A stretch of 64,000 nt of DNA from Phycisphaerae bacterium. Lineage in GTDB: Bacteria > Planctomycetota > Phycisphaerae > UBA1845. Positions 53,551 through 63,633 of the stretch are shown piece after piece. Positions within the stretch are counted from its first letter, which is position 1. Each line of letters starts with the position of its first letter. The DNA lies in contig CAXXKI010000002.1 of NCBI GenBank assembly GCA_963667855.2, forward strand, positions 8,828 to 72,827, in the 5' to 3' direction. A program made the position numbers and the translations under genes. Under the pieces are notes generated by a model. That model did no database searches. It was not told the origin of the DNA and saw nothing but the letters and a program-made list of their open reading frames with translations.

Positions 53551-55524
53551 ATGGACACCATGGAAATGCTCTCGCCCGAGGGGGCAATATCACGCAAGCT
53601 GCCCGATTTTGAGGTCCGACCGCAACAGTTGCGGATGGCCGAACTGGTGCGCCAGGCGTTTAATGACAAACAGCACCTGCTGGTCGAAGCCGGAACCGGA
53701 GTGGGCAAAAGCTTCGCCTATTTACTGCCCGCCCTGGAACAGGTGACTGAACATGGCGACCGGGTGGTTATCAGTACCCATACGATCGCCCTGCAGGAGC
53801 AGTTGCTGAACAAGGACATCCCCCTGCTGCGCTCCGTGATGCCGGAAGAATTTACCGCGGTACTGGTCAAAGGACGAAGCAACTACATAGGTTTACGGCG
53901 TTTGGCCCAGGCGAGTAAACGCCAGGAAACACTCTTTGAAACCCGCGACCATATGGAGCAATTGTGGGAGATCGAGGAATGGGCATATTCCACTACCGAC
54001 GGTTCACTGTCCGAACTGCCTATCAGCCCTCATCCCGACGTCTGGGAGCGGATAAAAAGCGAGCACGGCAACTGCATGGGACGCCGCTGCCCTTACTATG
54101 AAAAGTGTTTTTACCAACAGGCTCGGCGGCGGGCGAGAAACGCAAAATTGCTGATCGTCAATCATGCCCTGTTCTTTTCCGATCTCGCGGTACGGGCGAA
54201 CGGCGTGGGCATTATCCCAGACTATGACTATGCAATCCTGGATGAAGCCCACACGATCGAACAGGTGGCCGGCGACCATTTCGGCGTAAGTGTGAGCGAA
54301 TCTCAGATCCGCTACCTCTTAAGCAGGCTCTTCAGCCAGCGCACGAAACGCGGTCTGCTGGCCGGCTTTCATGCGGATTCGGCTATTGAAGCGGTTAACA
54401 GCGCCCGCCTGGCGATGACCACTTTTTTCGACCTTCTGGCCCGCTGGCAGCAGAGTAATGGTAAACCAAATGGCAGACTGATCGAACCACCGCCGATCAA
54501 AAACGATTTGAGCCCGGCACTGGAAAGTCTGCACGGAAAACTGCGAGCTGTCCGCAGCCAGATCGAAGACGAGCAGGACCGGTTCGAAATCAACACCAAC
54601 ATGGAACGGGTCCTGGCACTATCCGCGGCCCTGGACAGCACGATGAAGCAGGAGGAAAAGGATTGGGTATACTGGCTGGATGTCAGCCCGGGGCGCAATC
54701 GACAGGTCCGACTGAACGGCAGGCCCGTCGATGTGGCCGGCGCGCTTAAGGACAACCTTTTTAATTGCGTTCCCAGCGTGGTTATGACCAGCGCCACCTT
54801 GACCGTCAAGCAGGATGACGATTTCGAGTTTATCCGTAATCGCCTGGGTATACCGAGTTCACTGCAGGAAGCGCTGGGCTCGCCGTTTGAATACGATAAG
54901 CAGGTTACAATATACATTGAAGCCGACATGCCGTCACCCTCGGACAGTAACGGGTACGCCGAAGCGGCCTGCAAAGCAATAAAAAAATACATTCGCATGA
55001 CCGACGGCCGGGCATTTGTGCTTTTCACCGGCTACGACATGCTCAATCGCTGCAGCGAGGAGCTGGAAGATTTCTTTGCCGACATGGACATCGAATTGAT
55101 GGCTCAGGGCAAGGGAATACCCAGGTCCACCATGCTCGAAAGGTTTCGTGAAAACACAAGAAGCGTGATATTCGGAACCGACAGTTTCTGGACCGGTGTG
55201 GACGTTCCCGGCGAAGCGCTTTCCAATATAATAATCACCAAACTGCCTTTTGCCGTACCGGATCGCCCAACGATCGAAGCGAGAATAGAGCAGATCAAGG
55301 CCCAGGGCGGTAATCCGTTTATGGATTTCCAACTGCCGGAAGCGATTCTCAAATTCAAGCAGGGATTCGGCCGGTTAATTCGCCGCAAGACCGACAAGGG
55401 AATAGTTGCCATCCTGGACCCGAGAGTGAAAACCAAGTTTTACGGAAAAATGTTCCTCCGCTCTCTACCCGAATGCCCGGTAGTTTTAGAAAGCGGTGAC
55501 GATAATCCGGCGGATGAAGATTAA
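53551..55524 (+). CDS. dinG: ATP-dependent DNA helicase, DinG/XPD-like (SF2).
   Basis: Walker A VEAGTGVGKSFAYLLPA, DEAH box AILDEAHTIEQ, Cys-rich insert HGNCMGRRCPYYEKC, C-terminal helicase motifs (FWTGVDVPG, QGFGRLIRR). Confidence 0.85.
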   Translation: MDTMEMLSPEGAISRKLPDFEVRPQQLRMAELVRQAFNDKQHLLVEAGTGVGKSFAYLLPALEQVTEHGDRVVISTHTIALQEQLLNKDIPLLRSVMPEEFTAVLVKGRSNYIGLRRLAQASKRQETLFETRDHMEQLWEIEEWAYSTTDGSLSELPISPHPDVWERIKSEHGNCMGRRCPYYEKCFYQQARRRARNAKLLIVNHALFFSDLAVRANGVGIIPDYDYAILDEAHTIEQVAGDHFGVSVSESQIRYLLSRLFSQRTKRGLLAGFHADSAIEAVNSARLAMTTFFDLLARWQQSNGKPNGRLIEPPPIKNDLSPALESLHGKLRAVRSQIEDEQDRFEINTNMERVLALSAALDSTMKQEEKDWVYWLDVSPGRNRQVRLNGRPVDVAGALKDNLFNCVPSVVMTSATLTVKQDDDFEFIRNRLGIPSSLQEALGSPFEYDKQVTIYIEADMPSPSDSNGYAEAACKAIKKYIRMTDGRAFVLFTGYDMLNRCSEELEDFFADMDIELMAQGKGIPRSTMLERFRENTRSVIFGTDSFWTGVDVPGEALSNIIITKLPFAVPDRPTIEARIEQIKAQGGNPFMDFQLPEAILKFKQGFGRLIRRKTDKGIVAILDPRVKTKFYGKMFLRSLPECPVVLESGDDNPADED

Positions 55525-55571
55525 TCAGCGGCAGAACCGATCACCGTTCGGGACAGGAAAAGCATTCAGGC

Positions 55572-55618
55572 AAAAAAGCGGGCAAGACTGCGTTTGATTT
55601 GCAGTCTTGCCCGCTTTT
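55572..55618. terminator. Bidirectional rho-independent terminator between the convergent dinG-like and protease genes.
   Basis: AAAAAA-GCGGGCAAGACTGC-GTTTGATTT-GCAGTCTTGCCCGC-TTTT. A 14-bp perfect stem flanked by A and T runs. Confidence 0.8.
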
Positions 55619-55638
55619 GAATACCGATTTAGCAGTTA

Positions 55639-58227
55639 CTATTTTCCCGGACTGGACAGATTAGTTTCGAAAGCAGCGTAGTCGTCAATATCAATCACGC
55701 CGGTTCCGCCGAAATTACCGGGAGCACACCCATCCAATCCCAATTGCCCAAAGCATGCCTGGAACTCGGCAAAATCCTGCAGATCCACGTCGGAATCGCC
55801 GTCGAAATCCCCATCTCCATAGGGATTGCAGGAATCCTCATCTTCGTAACACCATTGGCTGCTACTACAGGGAGCGTAGCCGTCAACGCACTGTCCATAC
55901 TCATCGCAGAACTCCTCGCCGCTGCAGAACAATCCGTCATCGCAGTTTGAATCCTGCACACATTCACATGCGGAACACGGGCCACCGCAATCAATACGGC
56001 TTTCGCCCTGGTTCAGTATACCGTCGTCACAGGTTTCGGCAGGTGCCTGGATTCCCCAGATCTCAATGTCGTCAATGTTCCAGCCGCAATACTGCCAGCT
56101 GGTGTCCACACTCCCCATAGTCCAGCGGATATACACTGTTGATTGATTGTCCGCATAGGCGGAAATATCGAACTCGTGTAACGTCCAGGAATCGTCCTCT
56201 ATGTAGTCATCTCCGTTTTCCCAAATAGTCGTCCAACTGGTTCCATTATTACTGACTCGAACGTAGGCATGGTCGTAAGAATTCTTTTCAACTCCCAGCC
56301 AGCGCCAGAATTTCAGAGTGGTACCGGTAACATCGCTGCAGTCCAGGGCGATGGTGGTGAGATGTCGTTCGGTTACGTTAGCCTGGTAATCTCCGTTAAG
56401 GTTGTAGCCGTACACATTTGTACCGGTATGCCCGCTGGTCGGGTCGGGATTACCATAAGAACCACCCTGTCCCGTCGGCTGACCGAACGCCCATTGCCCT
56501 TCGGTTGTCCAGCCGGGATCGGTATCGAGTGGGAACGTATACACAGCTCTCGGACCACCAACCTGGAGGCTGACCTGCCTGGTCGTATCACCAACATGAT
56601 CGGTTGTGTTTGTGAATACGATACTCTCCGAATATTCACCGTCGGACAGCAAGTTGGCATTGGCATTAATCGAGACTACAACCGTGGTTGTGCCGCCACC
56701 GGCAAGTACACCGCCGCTATTGGAAACAGTTACCCAGCTCGCTCCCCCCGCTTTCGTAACCGTGTAATTGATGGAAGAAGAACCATTGTTTTCCAATGTA
56801 AACGTCGCACTATCCGGTGTAAACGGACCTCCGGGGTCTCCAACCGCGGATAATCCACCAACGCTGACACTCAAACCGTCCGCACCGGGAACCAGAGTAT
56901 CCAAGGTTACCGCGCCGGAACTGATCGGATCTAGCCAGTCCCTCAACCTGCTGGCCGCGCTGCCGCCACCGTTCCACGAAACCGAGATTTTCCCATACCA
57001 GTCTGAGTCGTCATTTCCACATGCGGCATAACCACCATGTAGCTGTCCTATTACCTGATGATCCTGGTTGAATAATGGCGAACCGGAAGAACCGTGCTCG
57101 GTTGTGCCGACATCCCAATCGGTTATCCGGTAGTGCGTGCCGTCACCCGGTACCGAAGTCTGCAGATAAGTGGTTGTCGAAGTTGGATCGTATTCAAAAC
57201 TGATCCGTTTTTCGTCACAGCTCGGATGGTGGATAGCTATAGCCGTACTCGCTTCGTCACCGGAACGGTCCCAACCGGCAAAAGTCAATCCAAAGGCGGG
57301 ATCAGGATCCTCCACCAATTCCAGCAGGCAGAAATCAGATGCTGCATACCGCGCCCGAAAAATGGCCCCACTCTGATAATCACTTCTTGAACCGTCGGGA
57401 CTTCCACCACAACTCGAGGTTTCATAATTCCAGTAGACCACGACGCTTTGATCGTTGGAGGAAGTTACTTCACAGTGGTAAGCGGTAAGAAAATACGGAG
57501 TCTGATCATTGGCCGTGTTGTTAATTAGAGCACCGGTGCATGTTTCCACACCGCCTACGGTATACATACCAACAGCGGGAATCTCATCCCACCAGTCGTC
57601 GCCCACCGCACACACAACATCCACGTTACAGGATCCGGAACGCAGGTTCTTATCTTCGCCGAACAATCGGTAACCAACATTGATATTCGCCAACTCCAGC
57701 TCCAGCTCGTCCTTCGCCGAGGCTGGGATTGTAACTTCAACCACCAGTTCGTCCCCGGTTACTATCGCGGTCCATAATTCACCGTCACGCGAATTATCCC
57801 TGGCGGTATATGGCTTCAGCAATTGTTTCATATCCGCTGAGTAGATAACCATTCGCCCTTCAGCCGGCATGTGGTATTTCGAAAAACCAAGATTAAGAGA
57901 CAGGGCATCCGGCGAGGATACTCGCAGCCGCCAGACGAGATTATCGCCATTCAGTTTTTCCCATAAACCGTCAGTGGCCGGTGTAATGGACACCTTGTTG
58001 GCTACAGCGAATCGAGGAGCAAGCCCGGCCGCCTCTCGCGCCGCATCTTCTTCCTGAACCGCGTAATAATCCACCGGCGGTGCCTGGGTCAGAGGTACGG
58101 CGTAATGCTCTACCATTTGATCTTGATATTGAAGTGCCGTCGGTGGGGACGCCTTGGCTGTAACTACAATCAAACCAGCTAAACACGTAGCTATAAAACC
58201 AGCATACTTACAGCTTAAGCGTAACAT
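55639..58227 (-). CDS. Secreted multidomain trypsin-like serine endopeptidase (lysyl-endopeptidase-like), with Ig-like, jelly-roll (MAM/LamG-like), Cys-rich and dockerin/EF-hand-like C-terminal modules.
   Basis: AAGGAGGA RBS before MLRLSCKYAGFIATCLAGLIVVTAKA. Catalytic His LTAYHCEV and Ser GSSGSPLF. C-terminus CDDGILNQGESRIDCGGPCSAC, then GDGDFDGDSDVDLQDFAEFQ and GVIDIDDYAAFE. Confidence 0.8.
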   Translation of the reverse strand: MLRLSCKYAGFIATCLAGLIVVTAKASPPTALQYQDQMVEHYAVPLTQAPPVDYYAVQEEDAAREAAGLAPRFAVANKVSITPATDGLWEKLNGDNLVWRLRVSSPDALSLNLGFSKYHMPAEGRMVIYSADMKQLLKPYTARDNSRDGELWTAIVTGDELVVEVTIPASAKDELELELANINVGYRLFGEDKNLRSGSCNVDVVCAVGDDWWDEIPAVGMYTVGGVETCTGALINNTANDQTPYFLTAYHCEVTSSNDQSVVVYWNYETSSCGGSPDGSRSDYQSGAIFRARYAASDFCLLELVEDPDPAFGLTFAGWDRSGDEASTAIAIHHPSCDEKRISFEYDPTSTTTYLQTSVPGDGTHYRITDWDVGTTEHGSSGSPLFNQDHQVIGQLHGGYAACGNDDSDWYGKISVSWNGGGSAASRLRDWLDPISSGAVTLDTLVPGADGLSVSVGGLSAVGDPGGPFTPDSATFTLENNGSSSINYTVTKAGGASWVTVSNSGGVLAGGGTTTVVVSINANANLLSDGEYSESIVFTNTTDHVGDTTRQVSLQVGGPRAVYTFPLDTDPGWTTEGQWAFGQPTGQGGSYGNPDPTSGHTGTNVYGYNLNGDYQANVTERHLTTIALDCSDVTGTTLKFWRWLGVEKNSYDHAYVRVSNNGTSWTTIWENGDDYIEDDSWTLHEFDISAYADNQSTVYIRWTMGSVDTSWQYCGWNIDDIEIWGIQAPAETCDDGILNQGESRIDCGGPCSACECVQDSNCDDGLFCSGEEFCDEYGQCVDGYAPCSSSQWCYEDEDSCNPYGDGDFDGDSDVDLQDFAEFQACFGQLGLDGCAPGNFGGTGVIDIDDYAAFETNLSSPGK

Positions 58228-58585
58228 TGACGTCGTCCTCCTTAGACACGCAACCAGGCTGTTTTGAGTCCAAACGACTCCAGACAATCTGGCTAACACA
58301 CAGTCTTGATATTTTTTCCACACACACCGGGCGTAAAGCCTGCCATCTTGCTGTACAACCCATAATTCAGTCGAGTCCCTATTCTACACTATAGCGCCGA
58401 TGTATTGCGCGTTTCAATTTCCAATAACATGCGTATAGAATGAAGAATAATCATTTAGCCAATCAACGGCCATAAAACGGCCCACCGTCGGACATATATC
58501 AGACATGCTTTTAATGGCCTAAGCAAAATGCCGGCGAAAATGCAACAGAAAACACATACCATACTGCGTTTATAGGTCCGAACGA

Positions 58586-59929
58586 TTACTGTTGTTTCGC
58601 CGGTGAAGTGCTGTTGTCCATGCCGTCGAGATGATCGATGATTCGCGCGCCCACCGCGTCGCCCCACACGTTCACCGTGGTGCGGAACATGTCCAGGAGC
58701 CTGTCCACGCCGATAATCAGGCCGATTCCCGCAATGGGAATCAGCGACTGACCGGCCGCTGCCAGGCTGCCGTTTACCGCGTCTACAACTATCACCATGG
58801 TGACTAACCCCGCGCTGGGAATACTCGCAGCACCAACGGCGGCCAGCGTGGCGGTTACCGCGACAATAGCCAGTTGCGCTATGGTTAACTCAATACCAAA
58901 CGCCTGGGCCATGAACACCACCGCTACCGCTTCATACAACGCCGTTCCGTCCATGTTGATCGTCGAACCGAGCGGCAGGACGAAACCGGCCACCCGCTTG
59001 CTCACCTTTCCCGCTTCGGTGGCACATTCCATGGTAACCGGCAGGGTGGCCGACGATGAATCGGTGGCCAATGCGGTCATCAGCGCCTGTCGCATTTTGA
59101 ACATGAATGAAAACGGATTGGTTCTTCCCAACATAGCAAGTACCGTGGGCAGAACAATCAGTCCGTGAATGAACAAGCCCAGCAACACCGCTATCATATA
59201 CTTGCCGATGGCACTGCTGAACACTCCCAACCCGATCCTCGCCACCGACCAGGCCAACAAAGCGAAAACTCCCACCGGTGCGAACCACATTATCGCGTGA
59301 ACCATTTTCATCAGCACCGCGAACACGGCGTCAAAAAACTCGACCAGGATTTTCCCCTTCTCTCCCACCAGCGTAATTACTACCCCGAAAAAGATCGAAA
59401 ACGAGATGACGCCCAGAACCCTACCGCCGGCCATCGCTTTCACTATGTTCGTGGGTATTAACTGGGAGACCAGGTTTTCCACTATCCCTACAAGCCCGCC
59501 CTCTGCCGTCGAAGTGACCTGTTCGTTTACCTGGTAGCCTGTTTCTGCGAACCCACCGGTGGCGGCGGCCATTTGCTCGCCGGGCTTTAGTACAGAAACG
59601 ATCACCAGCCCGATTATGACGGCCACTAACATCGTCGCGAAATAATATACTAATGTTCTAATCCCCATCCGTCCCAGCTTGGCAAAATTGCCCACGCTGG
59701 TCACCCCCACGATCACGCTGGAAGCGATCAGCGGAATGATCAGCATTTTCAGCAGACCCATGAAAACCGTAGCACCCAGGAAATCAAAAACCTGCAGAGC
59801 CTTGGCATGAGTGTGAACGGCACCGGTGTCGGCCGGGTTGTACGCCGGATCGTGCAGAAGCTGCCCCACAATTACACCGAGTACCAACGCGACAAAGATT
59901 AAAAACGTCAACAGCCACTTGCCATTCAT
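58586..59929 (-). CDS. Dicarboxylate/amino acid:cation symporter (DAACS, GltP family).
   Basis: 447 aa, polytopic. ATDSSSATLPVTME and PLGSTINMDGTALYEAV signature segments. Confidence 0.88.
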   Translation of the reverse strand: MNGKWLLTFLIFVALVLGVIVGQLLHDPAYNPADTGAVHTHAKALQVFDFLGATVFMGLLKMLIIPLIASSVIVGVTSVGNFAKLGRMGIRTLVYYFATMLVAVIIGLVIVSVLKPGEQMAAATGGFAETGYQVNEQVTSTAEGGLVGIVENLVSQLIPTNIVKAMAGGRVLGVISFSIFFGVVITLVGEKGKILVEFFDAVFAVLMKMVHAIMWFAPVGVFALLAWSVARIGLGVFSSAIGKYMIAVLLGLFIHGLIVLPTVLAMLGRTNPFSFMFKMRQALMTALATDSSSATLPVTMECATEAGKVSKRVAGFVLPLGSTINMDGTALYEAVAVVFMAQAFGIELTIAQLAIVAVTATLAAVGAASIPSAGLVTMVIVVDAVNGSLAAAGQSLIPIAGIGLIIGVDRLLDMFRTTVNVWGDAVGARIIDHLDGMDNSTSPAKQQ

Positions 59930-60044
59930 TACGCTACCTCGCTGGGGTAAAGCTTTCTAACCCGTTACCGTTCACCAAAAACATGGTAGTGGACATATGG
60001 GGTGGCGACAAGAAAATCTCAGATCAGACAAAAGGGGGTCAGGC

Positions 60045-61019
60045 TTACTTATGTAAAACGTTTGTATTTTGCAGGTCATCAGTTGTTTCGAGATATTCCG
60101 GGGAATTGTGAACTGCGTCATGTAACAGCTTGCTGAATCGTCTCAACGCAATAACCCCAGAAATAAAACCAACCAGAATGCAAAGTAGCCCTGCGGGCAG
60201 GATTATCCAGTTAAACGCCGTGGATAACCCCGAAGGCAATTTCAGCTTAAATGCATGCTGAAGAAAAATACTAATACCATATACCGCAATTCCTGTTGTT
60301 CCCACTGCTAAAAACCGAATGGAAATCGTCGTCCGTTTAGCCAGTCGAGATTCATGTATCCGATTAGCGATACGCCGAAGGTTTACAAATGCCAGACAAA
60401 AACCAGCAGGTATGCCTGATAGCGTAAAAGGCCAGAGGTGTATCATATTGCCGGCAATCAATACGGCAAAAACGAATAGAATGGGGCCATAAACGGTAAC
60501 CTGTGTGCAGAGTCCCAGCTTTCCGGTTTTGCACCGCTCGCCCGCTTCGGGTTCTTCCATAGTAACCCGCGTCGCCCCTGCCGCTCCTATCAGGTATACA
60601 AACGGTACACAAATGATAAAACAGCCTAGAATCTCCGCCCCCACGCCGAGGATCGAAACAAAAGACAAGAAAACGATAACTATCGCCGCAATACCCGCTA
60701 TGTACATACCGGTGGCACCGCTGCTCATGTATCGTAACCATCGATGATCCGAATACCGCAGGGGATTCGTACTGAGCGACTGGGTAACGGGTATTCCACA
60801 CTCCGGGCACTTTGAACCGGCGTAAAGGCTGCGCAGATTGTATTCACAAGTTCGACAAACCAGATCGCTGATAACTGTTAACGATGTGTTATCCAAAACG
60901 GAAATATCGACCGTGTCCCCAACAGGTGTCTGGCAGAACGGACACACTTCAAGTAAATCAACCCCGTACAAGGAATTCGAGCAATTGGCACAGCTTAGAT
61001 CAAAATCTATCGTACTCAT
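60045..61019 (-). CDS. Double zinc-ribbon / polytopic membrane protein (paralogue family member 2).
   Basis: SCANCSNSL...CPFCQTP and CRTCEYNL...CPECGIP, followed by ~6 TM helices. Confidence 0.7.
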   Translation of the reverse strand: MSTIDFDLSCANCSNSLYGVDLLEVCPFCQTPVGDTVDISVLDNTSLTVISDLVCRTCEYNLRSLYAGSKCPECGIPVTQSLSTNPLRYSDHRWLRYMSSGATGMYIAGIAAIVIVFLSFVSILGVGAEILGCFIICVPFVYLIGAAGATRVTMEEPEAGERCKTGKLGLCTQVTVYGPILFVFAVLIAGNMIHLWPFTLSGIPAGFCLAFVNLRRIANRIHESRLAKRTTISIRFLAVGTTGIAVYGISIFLQHAFKLKLPSGLSTAFNWIILPAGLLCILVGFISGVIALRRFSKLLHDAVHNSPEYLETTDDLQNTNVLHK

Positions 61020-61063
61020 TACTTTCTGATCTCACCACACAATCATCGGTATTGCCCCTGGGG

Positions 61064-61111
61064 ACAAAAGAGGGTCAGGCTTACTTATGTAAAACGTCTG
61101 TATTTTGCAGG
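61064..61111 (-). repeat. 48-nt copy of the 3' end (last 10 codons, stop and 17 nt downstream) of the 60045..61019 gene.
   Basis: acaaaagagggtcaggcttacttatgtaaaacgtctgtattttgcagg matches 60028..60075 with 2 mismatches. It lies between the two tandem paralogues. Confidence 0.8.
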
Positions 61112-61240
61112 CCGGGGCAACATACCCGACGTACATTCATATGCATTCGGTCGGGACTGTTGGCCCGACCTGCGATACTCAATCCCTGCAACGAACCGGA
61201 ACATTTTGCACAAGTTATGTTGAGATCCGATTTCGGCATT

Positions 61241-62167
61241 TTATAAAACCAGTTCCGGATGTTCTTCTTGATGACCTATGGCATCCCCAAGGGCATCCAT
61301 CACCTCAGACAATAAAACCAAGCTCGATAAATACCCTATGATGTAACCTGCAAAAACGAAAACCGAAACACCAAAGTCTGCTATTGCCATAACATAACCA
61401 ATTGACCACGAAAACAACTCACGAAGCAGGAGGATAAAAAACGGCAGAATCATTGAACCGGTAGCCCAGGACAATCTTGTAATTACCCTTGAAGCCCGCT
61501 TTGCGATCGCACCGTTTTTGCACAAAGACGCAACTAATTTGACTTGCCTGAATGCAAGAATGAAGCTTATTGGCAAAAAGACAATCGTAACAAGGAAAAA
61601 TAGGTTAATTCTATCCATGAACAGAATATTGAACAACGAAAGCGACATAAAAACCGCGAATATCCTGGCTGACAATCGGGAACCGAATGACAACTCCTTC
61701 ACCAAACCGTTAGGTTTTCCACCAGTTAACAGGAATACGGCGATCAGGTATACCGCATATGCCGATAAAAGCAACAGGTAAAACAAGTAAGGCCTGTTAT
61801 TTTCCTTACATAGCAATGCAAATGGAATCAAGGTTAAAACTGAAAGCATCGAGCCAAGCATCCATAAAACAGCTCTTTTCATCTTAATTAACCAATCTCT
61901 TGAAGCAAGGCTCAACGGATCGCCACGAATCACAGAGTACGCCGAGGTCCCGCACTCCGGGCAAACTGAACCGACCGGCAAACCACGCAGGTTGTATTTG
62001 CATTTTCTGCAGGAAACATCGCTGTTGATAACTGATGTCTCCTCATCCACTAACGACATATCCAGAAGATATCGCAATGGCAGATTACACTCCCGGCACC
62101 GATCCTTTAGAGTCAATCCCGCCAGCGAAGCCGAACACCTCGCACAATTGAAATCAACTTGAACCAT
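61241..62167 (-). CDS. Double zinc-ribbon / polytopic membrane protein (paralogue family member 3).
   Basis: NCARCSASL...CRECNLP and CRKCKYNL...CPECGTS, followed by ~6 TM helices. Confidence 0.7.
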   Translation of the reverse strand: MVQVDFNCARCSASLAGLTLKDRCRECNLPLRYLLDMSLVDEETSVINSDVSCRKCKYNLRGLPVGSVCPECGTSAYSVIRGDPLSLASRDWLIKMKRAVLWMLGSMLSVLTLIPFALLCKENNRPYLFYLLLLSAYAVYLIAVFLLTGGKPNGLVKELSFGSRLSARIFAVFMSLSLFNILFMDRINLFFLVTIVFLPISFILAFRQVKLVASLCKNGAIAKRASRVITRLSWATGSMILPFFILLLRELFSWSIGYVMAIADFGVSVFVFAGYIIGYLSSLVLLSEVMDALGDAIGHQEEHPELVL

Positions 62168-62301
62168 ATACTTCGTCTCTGTTTGAGAATATATCTACGC
62201 AAAATACTTTCTATCGCTGTTACTGACCAACAAGAGTAATATAATCCCTTTCCAGTTGGAAGGTATCTTATCTCGTTTGCGGATGCGGAACAAACCAGGC
62301 C

Positions 62302-63525
62302 ATGAGCACTAAGGCTTTAATCAAACAATACTCCAGCCTGCCCCGCAGCGTGCACATCCTCTGCCTGGGAACATTCATAAACCGCGCGGGAACCTTTCTC
62401 GTTGTTTTCCTCACCTTATGGATAAAGGAGGATCTCGGTTTTTCCATACAGGATGCGACCTGGTGCATGGGCGCCTACGGTGCCGGATCGATGTTGGCCG
62501 CCCTGATCGGCGGGCAGCTTGCAGACGCCATAGGCAGGCGAATCGTCATGCTCTTCGCTCTCTTCGGCGGAGCAGCTCTGCTTATTATACTCCCGCTGCT
62601 GGATAGTTTTCTGTCGATAATCGTATGCCTGACCGGTTTGGCCATGGTGACCGAAATGTACCGCCCCGCGTCATCTGCCATGATCGCCGACATCGTCCCC
62701 TCCGCAAACCGCCCCCACGCTTACGGACTTATGTACGTGGCTATCAATCTTGGTTTCTCCGTAGCGCCAGTTGCTGGCGGCTTTTTGCTGAATTGGATCA
62801 GCTACAAGTGGCTGTTCTGGGGCGACGCGCTTACCACCGCTTGTTACGGCTTCATCATCCTCCTGTTTATTACCGAATCAAAGCCGCAAAGAACGGAAAA
62901 CTTTCCGGATTCCACCGACCTGTCCACAAGCAACTGGTTTCGCGATGCTTTGAGTATAATCACCAATTGGCCCTTCATGGTTCTGTGTGCCGCAACCTTG
63001 TGCATCGCGCTGGTATTCATGCAGTGTATGTCCACCCTTCCTCTCTATCTGGTTGAGCAGGGATTTACCAAAGCCACCTACGGAAGGATTATCGCCATCA
63101 ACGGAACCATGATCGCCGTTCTACAGATTCCGTTCACTACCATAATCAGCCGGCATAACCGGGCGGCCATGATCAGTCTGGCCGCTGTACTCAACGCCAT
63201 CGGGTTCGGATCTATCGGGTTCGGAGCAGGAGCGTGGATGTTCGCCTGCTCAGTGGTAATCTGGACCACGGGGGAGATGATGGCTGCTCCCTTGATGCCC
63301 TCTATAGTGTCCGACATGGCCCCCTTGAACCTGCGGGCACGATATATGGGTATTTTCTCAACCGCGTTCTCCGGGGCCAACATGATCGGAGCACCCTTAG
63401 GCGGCTGGGTACTCACCCATTATGGCAAAAACATCTGGACGATTACCTTCGGAGTGGGCATGCTCGCCGTAATCCTGTTCCTGACCATCTACAACCGCAT
63501 ACCAAAAGCAAAACCCAGCGCGTAA
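62302..63525 (+). CDS. MFS transporter.
   Basis: 407 aa, 12 predicted TM. GGQLADAIGRRIVM loop motif between TM2 and TM3. Confidence 0.85.
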   Translation: MSTKALIKQYSSLPRSVHILCLGTFINRAGTFLVVFLTLWIKEDLGFSIQDATWCMGAYGAGSMLAALIGGQLADAIGRRIVMLFALFGGAALLIILPLLDSFLSIIVCLTGLAMVTEMYRPASSAMIADIVPSANRPHAYGLMYVAINLGFSVAPVAGGFLLNWISYKWLFWGDALTTACYGFIILLFITESKPQRTENFPDSTDLSTSNWFRDALSIITNWPFMVLCAATLCIALVFMQCMSTLPLYLVEQGFTKATYGRIIAINGTMIAVLQIPFTTIISRHNRAAMISLAAVLNAIGFGSIGFGAGAWMFACSVVIWTTGEMMAAPLMPSIVSDMAPLNLRARYMGIFSTAFSGANMIGAPLGGWVLTHYGKNIWTITFGVGMLAVILFLTIYNRIPKAKPSA

Positions 63526-63633
63526 CCATGCAGGTCGAGTCATTGGCCGGCAAAAAACTTTCCAACCGGTTACCACTTCACTACAATGCCTGAAGTAATG
63601 ATTTCAGGACATCCCGGAAGGAGGTTTTCTAAC

